This document shows positions 17,577 through 27,586 of a stretch of 64,000 nt of DNA, one piece after another. Within the stretch, counting starts at the first letter, position 1; every line of letters begins with the position of its first letter. Origin of the DNA: Bdellovibrionota bacterium (lineage in GTDB: Bacteria; Bdellovibrionota_G; JALEGL01; DATDPG01). The notes beneath the pieces were generated by a model. That model did not search any database and was not told the DNA's origin. It saw only the letters and a program-made list of their open reading frames with translations. The stretch is taken from assembly GCA_963668355.1 (NCBI GenBank), contig OY764265.1:928001-992000 (forward strand), written 5' to 3'. The translations under genes were made by a program, and so were the position numbers.

Positions 17577-20500
17577 ATGGGGAAATATTTCCAATTCTTT
17601 TTCGTTTCATGCTTTCTCCTTCCTGGGATGGTCTGGGCTACTTCCACGCAGGAATTGGAAGATCGCATTGAGGTTTTTGAAAAAACCCAGCCGCACGCAA
17701 CAAAACCCATCACTCCCCGCATGGATGTTCTGGATGAGGTCCGAAAAGCCTATATCAGTCCAAGATTGTATCGCCGCATCGCTCAAAGATATCCAGATGC
17801 AAACGAGGAGCTGGCGTATCGCCTGGCTCGGCACGCATACCTTCTCGACAAAAACCCGGAGGCCCTTAAGTGGATTTCCAAAATTGGGAATTCTCCCACC
17901 GCCGCCCATTGGCAATCTGCAGGAAGCTATCTTCAAGGAGTCATGGCCCTCGATCAAAACCAACGCCAGAAGGCCGAGGAACATTTTATTCGAGCCAAAT
18001 TACAGGCCACACGAAAAGTTGTAAAAGACGCTGCCTCTCTCGCCTTGGCACGTCTGGCCTTTGACCAAGGAAACTATGAAGAAGCACGAACCCTGTATAG
18101 CAGCGTCGAATTTTCTTCGGACTTGCATGAGTATCGACTGGAGGAATCTGCTTGGGCGGATGTTCTAAGCCATCGACGCGACCTCGCAGCCACGGAAATC
18201 GAACTCTTGTTCATGCTTTACCCAGATAGCCCCAGGCTTCCGGAATCTGGACATCTTCTGGGTCGACTTCGAGCCAACCAAGAAAGTCTTGGCCGGGGGA
18301 TTGAGGCCCTGAATCAAATGACGGTTCGATTCGAGTTGGAAGCCAAGAGCATGGAGAAAGCCCTTCGAAAGTTTCAAGGTCAGGAAGAGTTGCTGTTTTC
18401 AGAACTGGAACCCCGTCTTTCAACGACGGGGGTTCATTTTCACCTCCCCCCCTATGGCCGGGAACTATTGAATCGAGACCCACTGATTCGAATTTACTTA
18501 GGAGCCCTAAAACAGGTCGACGACATGATCTGGGATCTAGAGGAACAATTGGCCCTCACCGAAGGCACAGAGTTGGCCCTCAAAGGACAAGAGGGCACGA
18601 CCATTGAAAGTGTGATGTTCCTCCATTGGATCAATGCTTTGGAGCAGAACATCCTCTTGCTGGATGCTGAAAAGGATTCAAAGAAAGTTGTCCGCCTGTC
18701 GACTTGGTTCAAAGAATTGGACCACGAGTTAAACAATTCCGATCGCACCATTCGAAACCTTTATGAAACGGCCAGACATACCTGGCTCCTTTGGAAAGCT
18801 CTCTCCGGAAACCGTCAAGACCGTTCGATTGAAATCAAACAGCGTGTTCGAAAAGAGCTCCAGCAGGTCAGAAAACATCGGGAAAGACTTTTGCACACAA
18901 AGTATGAGACCGAAGCCCTCTGGCTCAAAGCCCAGAAAGCCCAAGCCCAAACCGAACGGTCTCGACTCCAAAAAGTCCGACCTTACCCCGAAGATCCCCG
19001 GACTCCTTTCTTGCTCAGCCTGGACAAACTCCGAACGCGAGTTGAGCGACGCGCCAAACACTATGTAAAAAAATTGCGACCCTGGGTTGCACCTCGAAAG
19101 GCCAAAATTCAAACCCTTTTGAGGCGAGCCCAGATGGCTCGAAGAAACATTCTTAGAACATCCCGTCCCCACATTCGGAAGGTGCTTGCACAAAGCTATA
19201 GAGAGCTTGTGGCCGCGCTTGCGCGCTATCGATGGAGCATGTCAGATGCTAAGTATGAACTCTTTCGTCGAACGGAAGGAGAGGCCCACAAACTTTCCAA
19301 GGTCCAACAAAACACCATCAATCAATTGGAAGAAAGTTTAGCCCATGCAACGGAACTTAGAATTCCGACTCCCGCCAAGCCCTCTCTCTGGATAGAACCC
19401 GGCGGCAACGTGGAATTCCTAAAACGCATTGAAGACTTCCTTTACTATATGCAAGCCACCCAAGAGTACTTGCATGAGATCCAAGGATTCACCAACCAAT
19501 ACACTGAAAAAGAAAAGCATCGCTACGAACACTTTCTTGAGCTCCAGCGCACAACATCCTTAAAAAAAGTTGAAGAAAGACGAAACGAAGCCATTTTAGC
19601 TTACCAAGACTTTTTAAAAAACAATGAGGGAAGCTCGCGAGCCCCCTATGCTCTTTATCGCATCGCCCAGCTTTACTATGAGCGAGCGAAGAAGAAAGAA
19701 GACTATGAACTGGTCGTCCCACCTCTCCAAAAAATTTACCGATCTTTTCCCAAATTCCCTCATCGCGACGCAGCTCTGTATCTTCTCGGATACACGCTTT
19801 TGGAAACGGGCAAACGAAAAGAGTCCTCATCGGTTTTCCAAAAGTTGGTTGCCGAATTCCCCCGAAGTCGCCTGATTCCTGAAGTCGAACTTCGCATTGG
19901 AGAATATTATTTTTCCAAACGAAATTATGCCGAGGCCATCGCTCACTATCAGGCCGTCCTTTCATTCGGGTTTAATTATTTCTATGACAAGGCCCTTTAT
20001 AAGTTGGCCTGGGCCAATTACATGTTGCATCGATACGATTCGGCCATCGCCCATTTCTTGATTCTTTTGGATTATAGCGAGGAACTTTCAGATGAACGTC
20101 GAGAACGATTTGTTCAGTTTTCCGATGAAGCGATTGAATACGTGGCTTTTAGTATGTATCGCTCCGGGGGACGCCAATCTGCCATTCGCGTGTTTCAGCG
20201 CGTGGGATGGAAGCCTTATGCCTTAAAGATTCTGGATCGACTCGCCTCCATTCAGCGAGATCGTGGTCAAAAGCAGAAGGCCGCAAAGACTTATGCCCTC
20301 GCAATCGAGAAGTATCCCTCGGCGCCTGAAACGCCTACGTTCATGAAACATCGAATCGCTTTGTTGGAAGAAACTGGAAGAAGACGTCTGGCCTTCTTAG
20401 AGATGGAACGGTCCAGAAAACTATTTGCCGCCAATGGCCCCTGGAGGGAAACCAACGCATCCAACACCAACGCGTACAAAGAAGCAGATGAACTTCTTGA

Positions 20501-23183
20501 GCAGGTCACCTATAGCATGGCCACAGGCCACGAAGCCCGGAAAGAATTTCGCCGCGCAAAAAAACTTTACCAAGAGGTCATCGAACGCTTCCCCGAAACT
20601 CGTTCCGCCTACGATGCCACCTTTCGTTTGGCTGAAATGAATTCCAACGAAGGAAAGTTTCTAGAAGCCATTCAAAATTATGATGTGGTCGCAAGAAACG
20701 ATCGATTCAGTCACTATTTTTCCGAAGCTCTTTTTGCCATCGTGGTCTCCCGAGAAAAACGCATTCAACAAAAAGGTGGTTTGGATGCAGTCATTGTAAA
20801 ATCTGAAACACAACCTCCGGCTCTCGCCCAAGAGTTGATTCAATCCATTCAAAATTTTTCGATACGAGCCCCCCGAGACTCTCGGGTTCCGGAGGCTTTG
20901 TATCGGGCTGCCTTTGTCGCCAGCCGTACCAAGCAATATCAGAAATCCAAAGAGATCTATCTACACCTTGCAAATGTTTATCCATCCAGTCCCTGGCGAA
21001 ACCAGGCTTTCGTGGCCGCAGTAGACGCAATGATTGCCGCAAAGGAATGGAAAGAAGCCTACACTTTGGCCCATCAAATCCTGGAAGACACACCTGATCT
21101 ATCTTCGGATCTCCGTACGAAGGTTCTGGCTTTGGAAGAAGGCGCACGTTTTAAGGAAGCCGAAGAGTTCGCAGAGAAGAAAGAAAGCCTCAAGGCTCAG
21201 CAAGCCTACTTAGCCTTCCAAGCTGACTTCCCCAAAAGCCCCTTTGCATCCAAAGCCTTATTCAATGCATTCATCATGACGAAGGCCGAGAAGAATTTCG
21301 ATGAGGGCTTCAAAATTCTCGCAAAGCTTATCGGCCAGTATCCAAAAGCTGAAATGATTGGCCGCGCCTACTTGGAACGAGCACTTCTTTTAGATCAGTT
21401 TTTGGATATTGATCGTGCCATCCTAAATTACAAAGTAGCCCTAAAGTACAAACTCGACATTCAAGAGCGGGCAACCGTCGCGGGAAATTTAGCTCTGCTT
21501 CTCGAAGCTCGACCGCAACTGAAAAACCGATCGAGTTGGTTGTTCCAATTGGCCAAGAAACTACCTGAACCCAAGCGGGGACAAATCGAGCTGAAGGCAG
21601 CAGACCTGGCCAAGGAAAACCAGCTCACGAAAACTGCCATGTCTGCCTGGCGAAACCTCATGAATCGAAAAGGCGTTGATCCCCGAACACGAATCTTGGC
21701 TGCAGCCAAAATGGCCAGGCATCTCTGGACCTCCGGAAAACGCGTCGAAGCCACCCGAATTCAAAAGAAGGCCCTGAGTTGGATTCGACAGAACTCAAAC
21801 AATTCTGATGTAGAAGTCGTTGAGGCCCTTGCCCTAGCGGAGTCAGCTCATCTCCAAGCCGATCGGAAACTCCTGAAACAAACCCGTCTCAATACACGAA
21901 CCCAAAAAACCCTGGTTCGCACATTCAAACGCAAAGCAGAAATTCTTCAGAAAATGGAGAAGGCCGTTTTGAATTTGGTGTCCATGGGCTCCCTTAAATC
22001 CAGCGCTCGTTCCCTCTACGATTTGGGCCTCGCGTATCTTGATTTTGTCACGGATCTCTATGGCTCTGCCCCCAAAGGGATGAAAAAGGAAGAATTTGAA
22101 CCCATGGTAGAGGCCCTGGTCAAACCCATTGAAAACAAAGCCAAAGACGCTTTTGCAAAATCACTTAATCTCCTCAAAGAAAGTCGTCTTCCCGAGCCCT
22201 ATCTTCCTTCGCTGGTTGAGACCTATATTTCATCTGGCGGAACAGCTCACCCCCTGCCCAAACAGCAGTCCATGTGGGCCTGGCCAAGAATCCCTGAGGC
22301 TCCGCCTTTTCAACAAGATCAAAAGCCCTCTAAATCGGAAATTGCTGCTGCGCCTTTTCTTCGTGGCCTGGTTCTTTTGGCTGCGGAAGGGAGCAATCGT
22401 CCGGCAGCCGCCGCAGAAGTTTTGAAGGGATTATCCACCCTAAAAAATATTTGGGATTCTTCCCAACGTAGGGAAGCTTCCGAATCTTTTGGAAAGGCCG
22501 TGCTTTTGGACCCGACCTTTGTTCCGGCGGCTTATAATCTGGCCATTCTCTATCTATTCGATGGAGATTTTCGAAAGGTGGAGCAATCTTTAAAGTTCCT
22601 CCACAAAAAAGAAACTTCCTCTGAATTGTCACATCTGGAAGGGGTTTATTCGATGCTTTTGGGAAAATGGGATCAGGCTGCCCACCACCTGAAAGAGGCA
22701 CATCAACATGATCCAGGCAATCTTCCTCTCCAATTGAATTGGATCCAGGCTTCTCTTCTTTCTGGTCGATTGCAGGAAAGCATGAAGGCCTCCCGAAAGT
22801 TTATCCGAGAACACCCGAAAGCCGCCGAAGCTTATCGAGCCTTGGCCGCGAGCTACCGGGCTTCGGGGGATCTCCTTTCAGCTCAATTTGTGTTGAAAAG
22901 AGCCCGCGTTTCCCACCCCGAAGATATCAGCATCGCCCAAGATTTGGCGCTAACACTGGAACGCCCCGATGATAATCTTCTTAGATCCAGTTTGTTAAAA
23001 TTTGCTTCACGATCCGAACACCCCGAAGCTTTGGCCAACTGGGCGACCTTAGCCTTTCGCGTAGGTCGATGGGTAGAGGCTGAAAAGGAATGGAAAGATG
23101 CAGCTTCGGGAATTGGGCGTTATCATCCAGCCATTATGGCCAATCTGAAATTGGTTCAGACGCTACTGGAGAAAAACCCATGA
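17577..23183 (+). CDS. 1868-aa secreted TPR protein, GltD(AgmU)-like core with N- and C-terminal extensions
   Basis: Signal peptide, many TPRs (ALYRIAQLYYE, YDKALYKLAWANY), GltD-like block KRKA...P.ENKAKDAF. Confidence 0.85.
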   Translation: MGKYFQFFFVSCFLLPGMVWATSTQELEDRIEVFEKTQPHATKPITPRMDVLDEVRKAYISPRLYRRIAQRYPDANEELAYRLARHAYLLDKNPEALKWISKIGNSPTAAHWQSAGSYLQGVMALDQNQRQKAEEHFIRAKLQATRKVVKDAASLALARLAFDQGNYEEARTLYSSVEFSSDLHEYRLEESAWADVLSHRRDLAATEIELLFMLYPDSPRLPESGHLLGRLRANQESLGRGIEALNQMTVRFELEAKSMEKALRKFQGQEELLFSELEPRLSTTGVHFHLPPYGRELLNRDPLIRIYLGALKQVDDMIWDLEEQLALTEGTELALKGQEGTTIESVMFLHWINALEQNILLLDAEKDSKKVVRLSTWFKELDHELNNSDRTIRNLYETARHTWLLWKALSGNRQDRSIEIKQRVRKELQQVRKHRERLLHTKYETEALWLKAQKAQAQTERSRLQKVRPYPEDPRTPFLLSLDKLRTRVERRAKHYVKKLRPWVAPRKAKIQTLLRRAQMARRNILRTSRPHIRKVLAQSYRELVAALARYRWSMSDAKYELFRRTEGEAHKLSKVQQNTINQLEESLAHATELRIPTPAKPSLWIEPGGNVEFLKRIEDFLYYMQATQEYLHEIQGFTNQYTEKEKHRYEHFLELQRTTSLKKVEERRNEAILAYQDFLKNNEGSSRAPYALYRIAQLYYERAKKKEDYELVVPPLQKIYRSFPKFPHRDAALYLLGYTLLETGKRKESSSVFQKLVAEFPRSRLIPEVELRIGEYYFSKRNYAEAIAHYQAVLSFGFNYFYDKALYKLAWANYMLHRYDSAIAHFLILLDYSEELSDERRERFVQFSDEAIEYVAFSMYRSGGRQSAIRVFQRVGWKPYALKILDRLASIQRDRGQKQKAAKTYALAIEKYPSAPETPTFMKHRIALLEETGRRRLAFLEMERSRKLFAANGPWRETNASNTNAYKEADELLEQVTYSMATGHEARKEFRRAKKLYQEVIERFPETRSAYDATFRLAEMNSNEGKFLEAIQNYDVVARNDRFSHYFSEALFAIVVSREKRIQQKGGLDAVIVKSETQPPALAQELIQSIQNFSIRAPRDSRVPEALYRAAFVASRTKQYQKSKEIYLHLANVYPSSPWRNQAFVAAVDAMIAAKEWKEAYTLAHQILEDTPDLSSDLRTKVLALEEGARFKEAEEFAEKKESLKAQQAYLAFQADFPKSPFASKALFNAFIMTKAEKNFDEGFKILAKLIGQYPKAEMIGRAYLERALLLDQFLDIDRAILNYKVALKYKLDIQERATVAGNLALLLEARPQLKNRSSWLFQLAKKLPEPKRGQIELKAADLAKENQLTKTAMSAWRNLMNRKGVDPRTRILAAAKMARHLWTSGKRVEATRIQKKALSWIRQNSNNSDVEVVEALALAESAHLQADRKLLKQTRLNTRTQKTLVRTFKRKAEILQKMEKAVLNLVSMGSLKSSARSLYDLGLAYLDFVTDLYGSAPKGMKKEEFEPMVEALVKPIENKAKDAFAKSLNLLKESRLPEPYLPSLVETYISSGGTAHPLPKQQSMWAWPRIPEAPPFQQDQKPSKSEIAAAPFLRGLVLLAAEGSNRPAAAAEVLKGLSTLKNIWDSSQRREASESFGKAVLLDPTFVPAAYNLAILYLFDGDFRKVEQSLKFLHKKETSSELSHLEGVYSMLLGKWDQAAHHLKEAHQHDPGNLPLQLNWIQASLLSGRLQESMKASRKFIREHPKAAEAYRALAASYRASGDLLSAQFVLKRARVSHPEDISIAQDLALTLERPDDNLLRSSLLKFASRSEHPEALANWATLAFRVGRWVEAEKEWKDAASGIGRYHPAIMANLKLVQTLLEKNP

Positions 23184-23458
23184 GGTGGGGATTTATTCTA
23201 CTCACTCTGATGTATTCTTTCTCGACGCTTGCCGAAGAATCCAAACAGATTGAACAACGACAAAGAGTTTTTGAAAGCCTTTCTCGAGAGATGGCCGGAA
23301 ACGCCGTTGAGTTAAAGGAGCTGGAAATTCGGGCAAAAATTTATGAGCCTCAGGTGGTGTACATCTTGGACCGATCACGCATTGAAGTGCACTTCAAAGA
23401 GGACGAACTTAACTTCATTCCCCGAATCTCTCGTGTGATTGAGGAAAATATTTTCTAA
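23180..23458 (+). CDS. small secreted protein, GltF-like
   Basis: ATGA overlap with the TPR gene, signal peptide, ELEIRAKIYEPQVVYILDRS...F.PRI; sits between the TPR and TonB-like genes. Confidence 0.65.
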   Translation: MRWGFILLTLMYSFSTLAEESKQIEQRQRVFESLSREMAGNAVELKELEIRAKIYEPQVVYILDRSRIEVHFKEDELNFIPRISRVIEENIF

Positions 23459-24750
23459 TGGGTAAATCTTTCAGAATCTACATCGAGATTGAAAAGGGGA
23501 TTTCCCCTTTCAATCGATGGACATTCGATCATCCCAAAACGCTATCCATAGGATTCACACCAGACTCAGACCTATGGCTCCTGGATGGCAGCGCCGAGGC
23601 CAAACGTGAAATATTCTTTCGGCATGGAAAAGAACTTCGCTTAAGAGTTCTTCCCTCTCTCCAAGGAACGCTTCAAGTTGAAAAAAAGGAACTCTCCTTT
23701 CAAACCCTGCGAGAAGCTGGTTTGTTCAAAACCGATCGAAAAGGAGAGTATCTCCCCATTCAAAATCAAACCACGGGACGATTGGTTCTGGGGGCCTCCC
23801 TTTTGCGGTTTTGGGTAAAACCCGAACCTGAAGAACCTGAATTTCCTTTGCACCCGGTATGGTTACGATTGCTCAAGTCCATCCCCGTTTTGTCTTGCCT
23901 TTGCTTTATTGCCGGATTTGTCATCAATCTTTCATTTGTAAGGTTCATTTCCTCACTTCCGCCTTCTCCGCAACTCACCATTCATGAAGTCAGTCGAAAA
24001 GTGGCTCGGATCTCGATTCCCAAAAAAAATTATGTCGAGAAAAAATATGGTGCCTTGGGCAAACCTCGAAAGCTCAAACCCAAATTGAAGAAGGAAAAAA
24101 AGCAATCGAAGGAGGCCGGAATTAGCCGTTCCGCCATAAAGGGGTTTTTGGCCGCCGCAGTACAAAAAGGATCTGGAAAGGCGGGGAAAACGAATTCTCC
24201 CTTTGCGGCTCTGTTCACGACAGAATCTCTCGCAGCTGACCTGGGAGGGCAGTTGGGAGAAGGAGCCATGGACAAGATGCTCTCTGAAAGTCTACGCAGC
24301 CTGGAACGCACGGGACCCAGCACAGAAACGGGTTCCTCTACCCTGGGAATTGGCTCCATTCGAGAGGGTGGTTTGGAAACTGAGGCATTGGGGCGAAGGG
24401 CGAGCCGCCCCGTGGTTTCTCGCCTCACCGCAACCCTTCCACGGGGGGGAAGCCGAGTCAATCGAGTGGCCTTGGAAGAGGCTGTGGCCTCTCGACAGGG
24501 AGAGCTACGCACATGTTATGAGCAAGCCTTGGACCGGAACCCAAATCTTTCTGGAAAAGTGGTGATTGAGTTGAGGATTGCGCCCAACGGCTCCGCTCAA
24601 GATGTTGGGGTGGCTCAGTCCTCCATCACAGACCGAGGATTCCATCGTTGTTTGATTCGTCAAATCGGGACCTGGACATTCCCGGCCACCGGAAATCTAA
24701 CGGATCTCGTTCGCCTTCCCTTTGTGTTCTCTTCGGCTTCACGGGGATAA
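23458..24750 (+). CDS. AgmX/PglI (TonB-C-like) domain protein, GltG-like
   Basis: N-terminal beta domain, one TM, Lys/Gly-rich linker, LRTCYEQAL..NPNLSGKV...C....W.FP. Confidence 0.85.
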   Translation: MGKSFRIYIEIEKGISPFNRWTFDHPKTLSIGFTPDSDLWLLDGSAEAKREIFFRHGKELRLRVLPSLQGTLQVEKKELSFQTLREAGLFKTDRKGEYLPIQNQTTGRLVLGASLLRFWVKPEPEEPEFPLHPVWLRLLKSIPVLSCLCFIAGFVINLSFVRFISSLPPSPQLTIHEVSRKVARISIPKKNYVEKKYGALGKPRKLKPKLKKEKKQSKEAGISRSAIKGFLAAAVQKGSGKAGKTNSPFAALFTTESLAADLGGQLGEGAMDKMLSESLRSLERTGPSTETGSSTLGIGSIREGGLETEALGRRASRPVVSRLTATLPRGGSRVNRVALEEAVASRQGELRTCYEQALDRNPNLSGKVVIELRIAPNGSAQDVGVAQSSITDRGFHRCLIRQIGTWTFPATGNLTDLVRLPFVFSSASRG

Positions 24751-24844
24751 GAAAGAATTCAAAAAGCCTTTTTTCGATCCATCTTCTTGGATGTGTTAAA
24801 ATGTAAACTTCTTAAATCGAACCAACGAATCAAGGACGACAACT

Positions 24845-25441
24845 ATGAAATTCAAAGGGTTTTCACTCATCGAGCTCATGATCACGGTAACCATCGTGGG
24901 AATTTTGGCAGCCATCGCCATCCCCATGTATTCCAAGTACATCAAGGGAGCTCGCACTTCCGAAGCCATCAGCAATTTAGGTGCAGTTGCCATGTATGAG
25001 GAAACCTATTTTTCGGAGTTTGACCGATATACGTCGGCAGCAGCCAACCCAACTTCGGTCCCGGTTCCTTCAGATCCTGGAGGGAAGAAAGCGTTCGATA
25101 ATTCGTTGCAAGGTTGGGTGAGCCTTGGACGGGTTATTCCAAACAACACCCAACTCTACTTTCAATATGAAATTGTTGCGGGACAGTACGACTCTGGAGG
25201 AACGGCTTTCACAACCCCTCCAGAATTGGTCAGCCCTTCCACGGGAAAAGTTCCTGGAAACAGTTATTGCACAAACTCCGGAATGAGTCTTTCCGCCGAC
25301 AGCTTAGAAATTCCCGCCACGCCCAATTCCAACTGGTTCTATGCTACGGCTGTGGCCGACCAAGATGGAGATGCCAAATGTTCGCTCTTTATCAAAGTCA
25401 TCGATCGAAACGAAATCGTCCGAGAAAACGAAATCGAATAA
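24845..25441 (+). CDS. type IV pilin
   Basis: KG|FSLIELMITVTIVGILAAIAIP prepilin cleavage site with Glu5, ARTSEA, C-terminal Cys pair. Confidence 0.93.
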   Translation: MKFKGFSLIELMITVTIVGILAAIAIPMYSKYIKGARTSEAISNLGAVAMYEETYFSEFDRYTSAAANPTSVPVPSDPGGKKAFDNSLQGWVSLGRVIPNNTQLYFQYEIVAGQYDSGGTAFTTPPELVSPSTGKVPGNSYCTNSGMSLSADSLEIPATPNSNWFYATAVADQDGDAKCSLFIKVIDRNEIVRENEIE

Positions 25442-25464
25442 AAAACCAGAGTTTCTCTGCTTTT

Positions 25465-26529
25465 TTATTCTGCGACGATGTATTTTTTCTTCAAAAGATA
25501 AAATACGACTTTGGATGTTTCGAGATCGCTTAGGTGGCTGTGATCCAGCACGGCTTCAAAAATGGACTCGTTGATGACCACTTGAAGAATATCCAACACG
25601 CGGGGATGCAGCTTTGACAGCGGAGCTGTAAAATGAGGTTTCAAAATCAGCTTTGCATCTAAATCGGGAAGGCCTTTTTTGATCTTTTGCAACTCATCAA
25701 ATTGTCGAAAACCCTCCATAAGAAGACTTTCAACCGTTCCTTCAATTTTCTCTTCCAATTGATCTGCTTCAAAGGCCTCTGGCAGAGGATGCAACTCAAA
25801 GGTGCCTTCATTCCAACCCAATAATCGATAAAGGGCCTTAAGCCCCTTGGCTTCTCGAACCTCCGCACCAATGACCTGACCATCTTGAATCCAAATTTGG
25901 CCCTTTCGTTTGGAATTCAGTTCAAGAATGCCATTTTTCCGATTTTGAGAGAAATTCTGCAGAAGGTCTGCCAATCCCATGGCCGATAAATCTCCCGAGA
26001 GAGGTTTACTCTTACCTCCAGACTTCTCTTCCGGAACTTCTTCAACATTGAGTTCAAATTCACTGTCTTCCGAAGACTCCACCAAGTCTACGCCACTGGA
26101 CTCTTCCACTTCGGGTACTTCTTCCGAAGGTTCTTCTTTGAGATCCTCAGGGGCTTTCAAAGCTTCTGGTTTCGGTGATTCGACCGGTGCTTCATTGGCC
26201 TGGGTTTCCCCTTTTACCATTTCAATTTCGATCAAACTATTTCCCAATCGAAACTTGTCATTGGGCTGCAAAAGCATTTCAGAGATCTTTTTGGAATTTA
26301 CGTAGGTGCCATTTGTACTTTGAAGGTCACTCAAACGAACATAATCAGAAGTAACAGAGAGAATGCAGTGTTTTCGCGAAATCTTTTTTTCGGCCAAGAA
26401 AATATCGCATTCTTCACTTCGACCGATGGTCATCTCTCTGGGCGCATTGACGCGAATTTCCACGCCTTCGTTTTCTCCTTCGAGAAACCGAAGCACAACT
26501 TCTTGTATGACGCTTTCCATCTGACTCAT
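25465..26529 (-). CDS. FHA + DUF4388 domain protein
   Basis: IGR..ISRKH..STNGT, acidic linker, LSGDLSAMGLADLLQ...NG.L. Confidence 0.9.
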   Translation of the reverse strand: MSQMESVIQEVVLRFLEGENEGVEIRVNAPREMTIGRSEECDIFLAEKKISRKHCILSVTSDYVRLSDLQSTNGTYVNSKKISEMLLQPNDKFRLGNSLIEIEMVKGETQANEAPVESPKPEALKAPEDLKEEPSEEVPEVEESSGVDLVESSEDSEFELNVEEVPEEKSGGKSKPLSGDLSAMGLADLLQNFSQNRKNGILELNSKRKGQIWIQDGQVIGAEVREAKGLKALYRLLGWNEGTFELHPLPEAFEADQLEEKIEGTVESLLMEGFRQFDELQKIKKGLPDLDAKLILKPHFTAPLSKLHPRVLDILQVVINESIFEAVLDHSHLSDLETSKVVFYLLKKKYIVAE

Positions 26530-26563
26530 AAAAATGCCAAAAACTGCCTAGGATTATAACCGT

Positions 26564-27586
26564 TTAGCTCGGCTGCATCCATTTCTGAAGGATTTTAAGG
26601 GCCGGCTTTTCTCGAGGAGTATAGCCAAGGTCGCTCTCTCCGCCTACCCCTCTCCACTCGTAAAAGAAAACCCCCTTTAAATTCAACGCAGAGTTCCAGG
26701 TTTCTAAAAAGGCACGATAACCCATGGCCTGCACCTTGGGCGCGGGAATGCCCGAGCGAACATGATTCCACGGATCATGCAAGCCCTGCTTCCGACTGGG
26801 ATACCCCACCTCCGTAAACAAAAGGGGCTTTTGAAGAAGCTGGGCCCATTCTTGGAGAGGTCTTTGAAAGCTTTTCCACCTCTCCTTGGCTCTTTCCAGC
26901 GAAGGGGTTTCATTTTCCGACGCCAATTCGTAGTACGCATTCACACCGAGCCAATCCAGCTCACTCCATGCTGGACTCTTGCTCAAATGGTCCCAATTGA
27001 AAGAGTAGAAAAGCTTCCCGGCGAAGTCCTCCCGAGATTCTCGAATTAGCCTCGTCCACTCCTCCCCATACTTCTCCAGGGAAACCATTTCGGATCCCAC
27101 AGAAAAGAAATCCACCTCTTTCTGTCTGGCAATTCGTCGATATTTGGCCAAAAAACCGCGATAGGAACGAAACCATAAGGAGACGTTTCGAGGTTCGATC
27201 ATCCCTCGCCAATCGGTGGCGGATCGAGGCGAGCGCAACAAAACCACCGGCATCAAGCCCACTCGAAAACCTCTTTCTCTGGCGACTTGGATCGCGCTCT
27301 CCAATTGTCGAACAGAAATCGTCAAATGAGGATCCGGTTGAATTCGAACCGATTGCCAATCTTCCTGAATCTCTGTCACTTTAAGAAGAATTGCATTCAC
27401 GCCAAGTTGCTGAAGCTCATCAAGAGACTGCTTTACCCATTCTTGGTCTGTATCGACATAGACGCCCAAAGCCATTCCTTTCAGATCACACGAAGGACCA
27501 TAGGCATAACTCTTCACGGTCATCGCAAAGGCGCAAAAAAATACGACGAAAACGACGAGAGCTATTTTCCTCGAATGAGGCGACAA
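26564..27586 (-). CDS. secreted glycoside hydrolase, GH113/GTA TIM-barrel-like
   Basis: Signal peptide, WRG.I.P, SVGSEM and LFTEVGY (two catalytic Glu), GV.AYY.L, FFYEW. Confidence 0.8.
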   Translation of the reverse strand: MSPHSRKIALVVFVVFFCAFAMTVKSYAYGPSCDLKGMALGVYVDTDQEWVKQSLDELQQLGVNAILLKVTEIQEDWQSVRIQPDPHLTISVRQLESAIQVARERGFRVGLMPVVLLRSPRSATDWRGMIEPRNVSLWFRSYRGFLAKYRRIARQKEVDFFSVGSEMVSLEKYGEEWTRLIRESREDFAGKLFYSFNWDHLSKSPAWSELDWLGVNAYYELASENETPSLERAKERWKSFQRPLQEWAQLLQKPLLFTEVGYPSRKQGLHDPWNHVRSGIPAPKVQAMGYRAFLETWNSALNLKGVFFYEWRGVGGESDLGYTPREKPALKILQKWMQPS

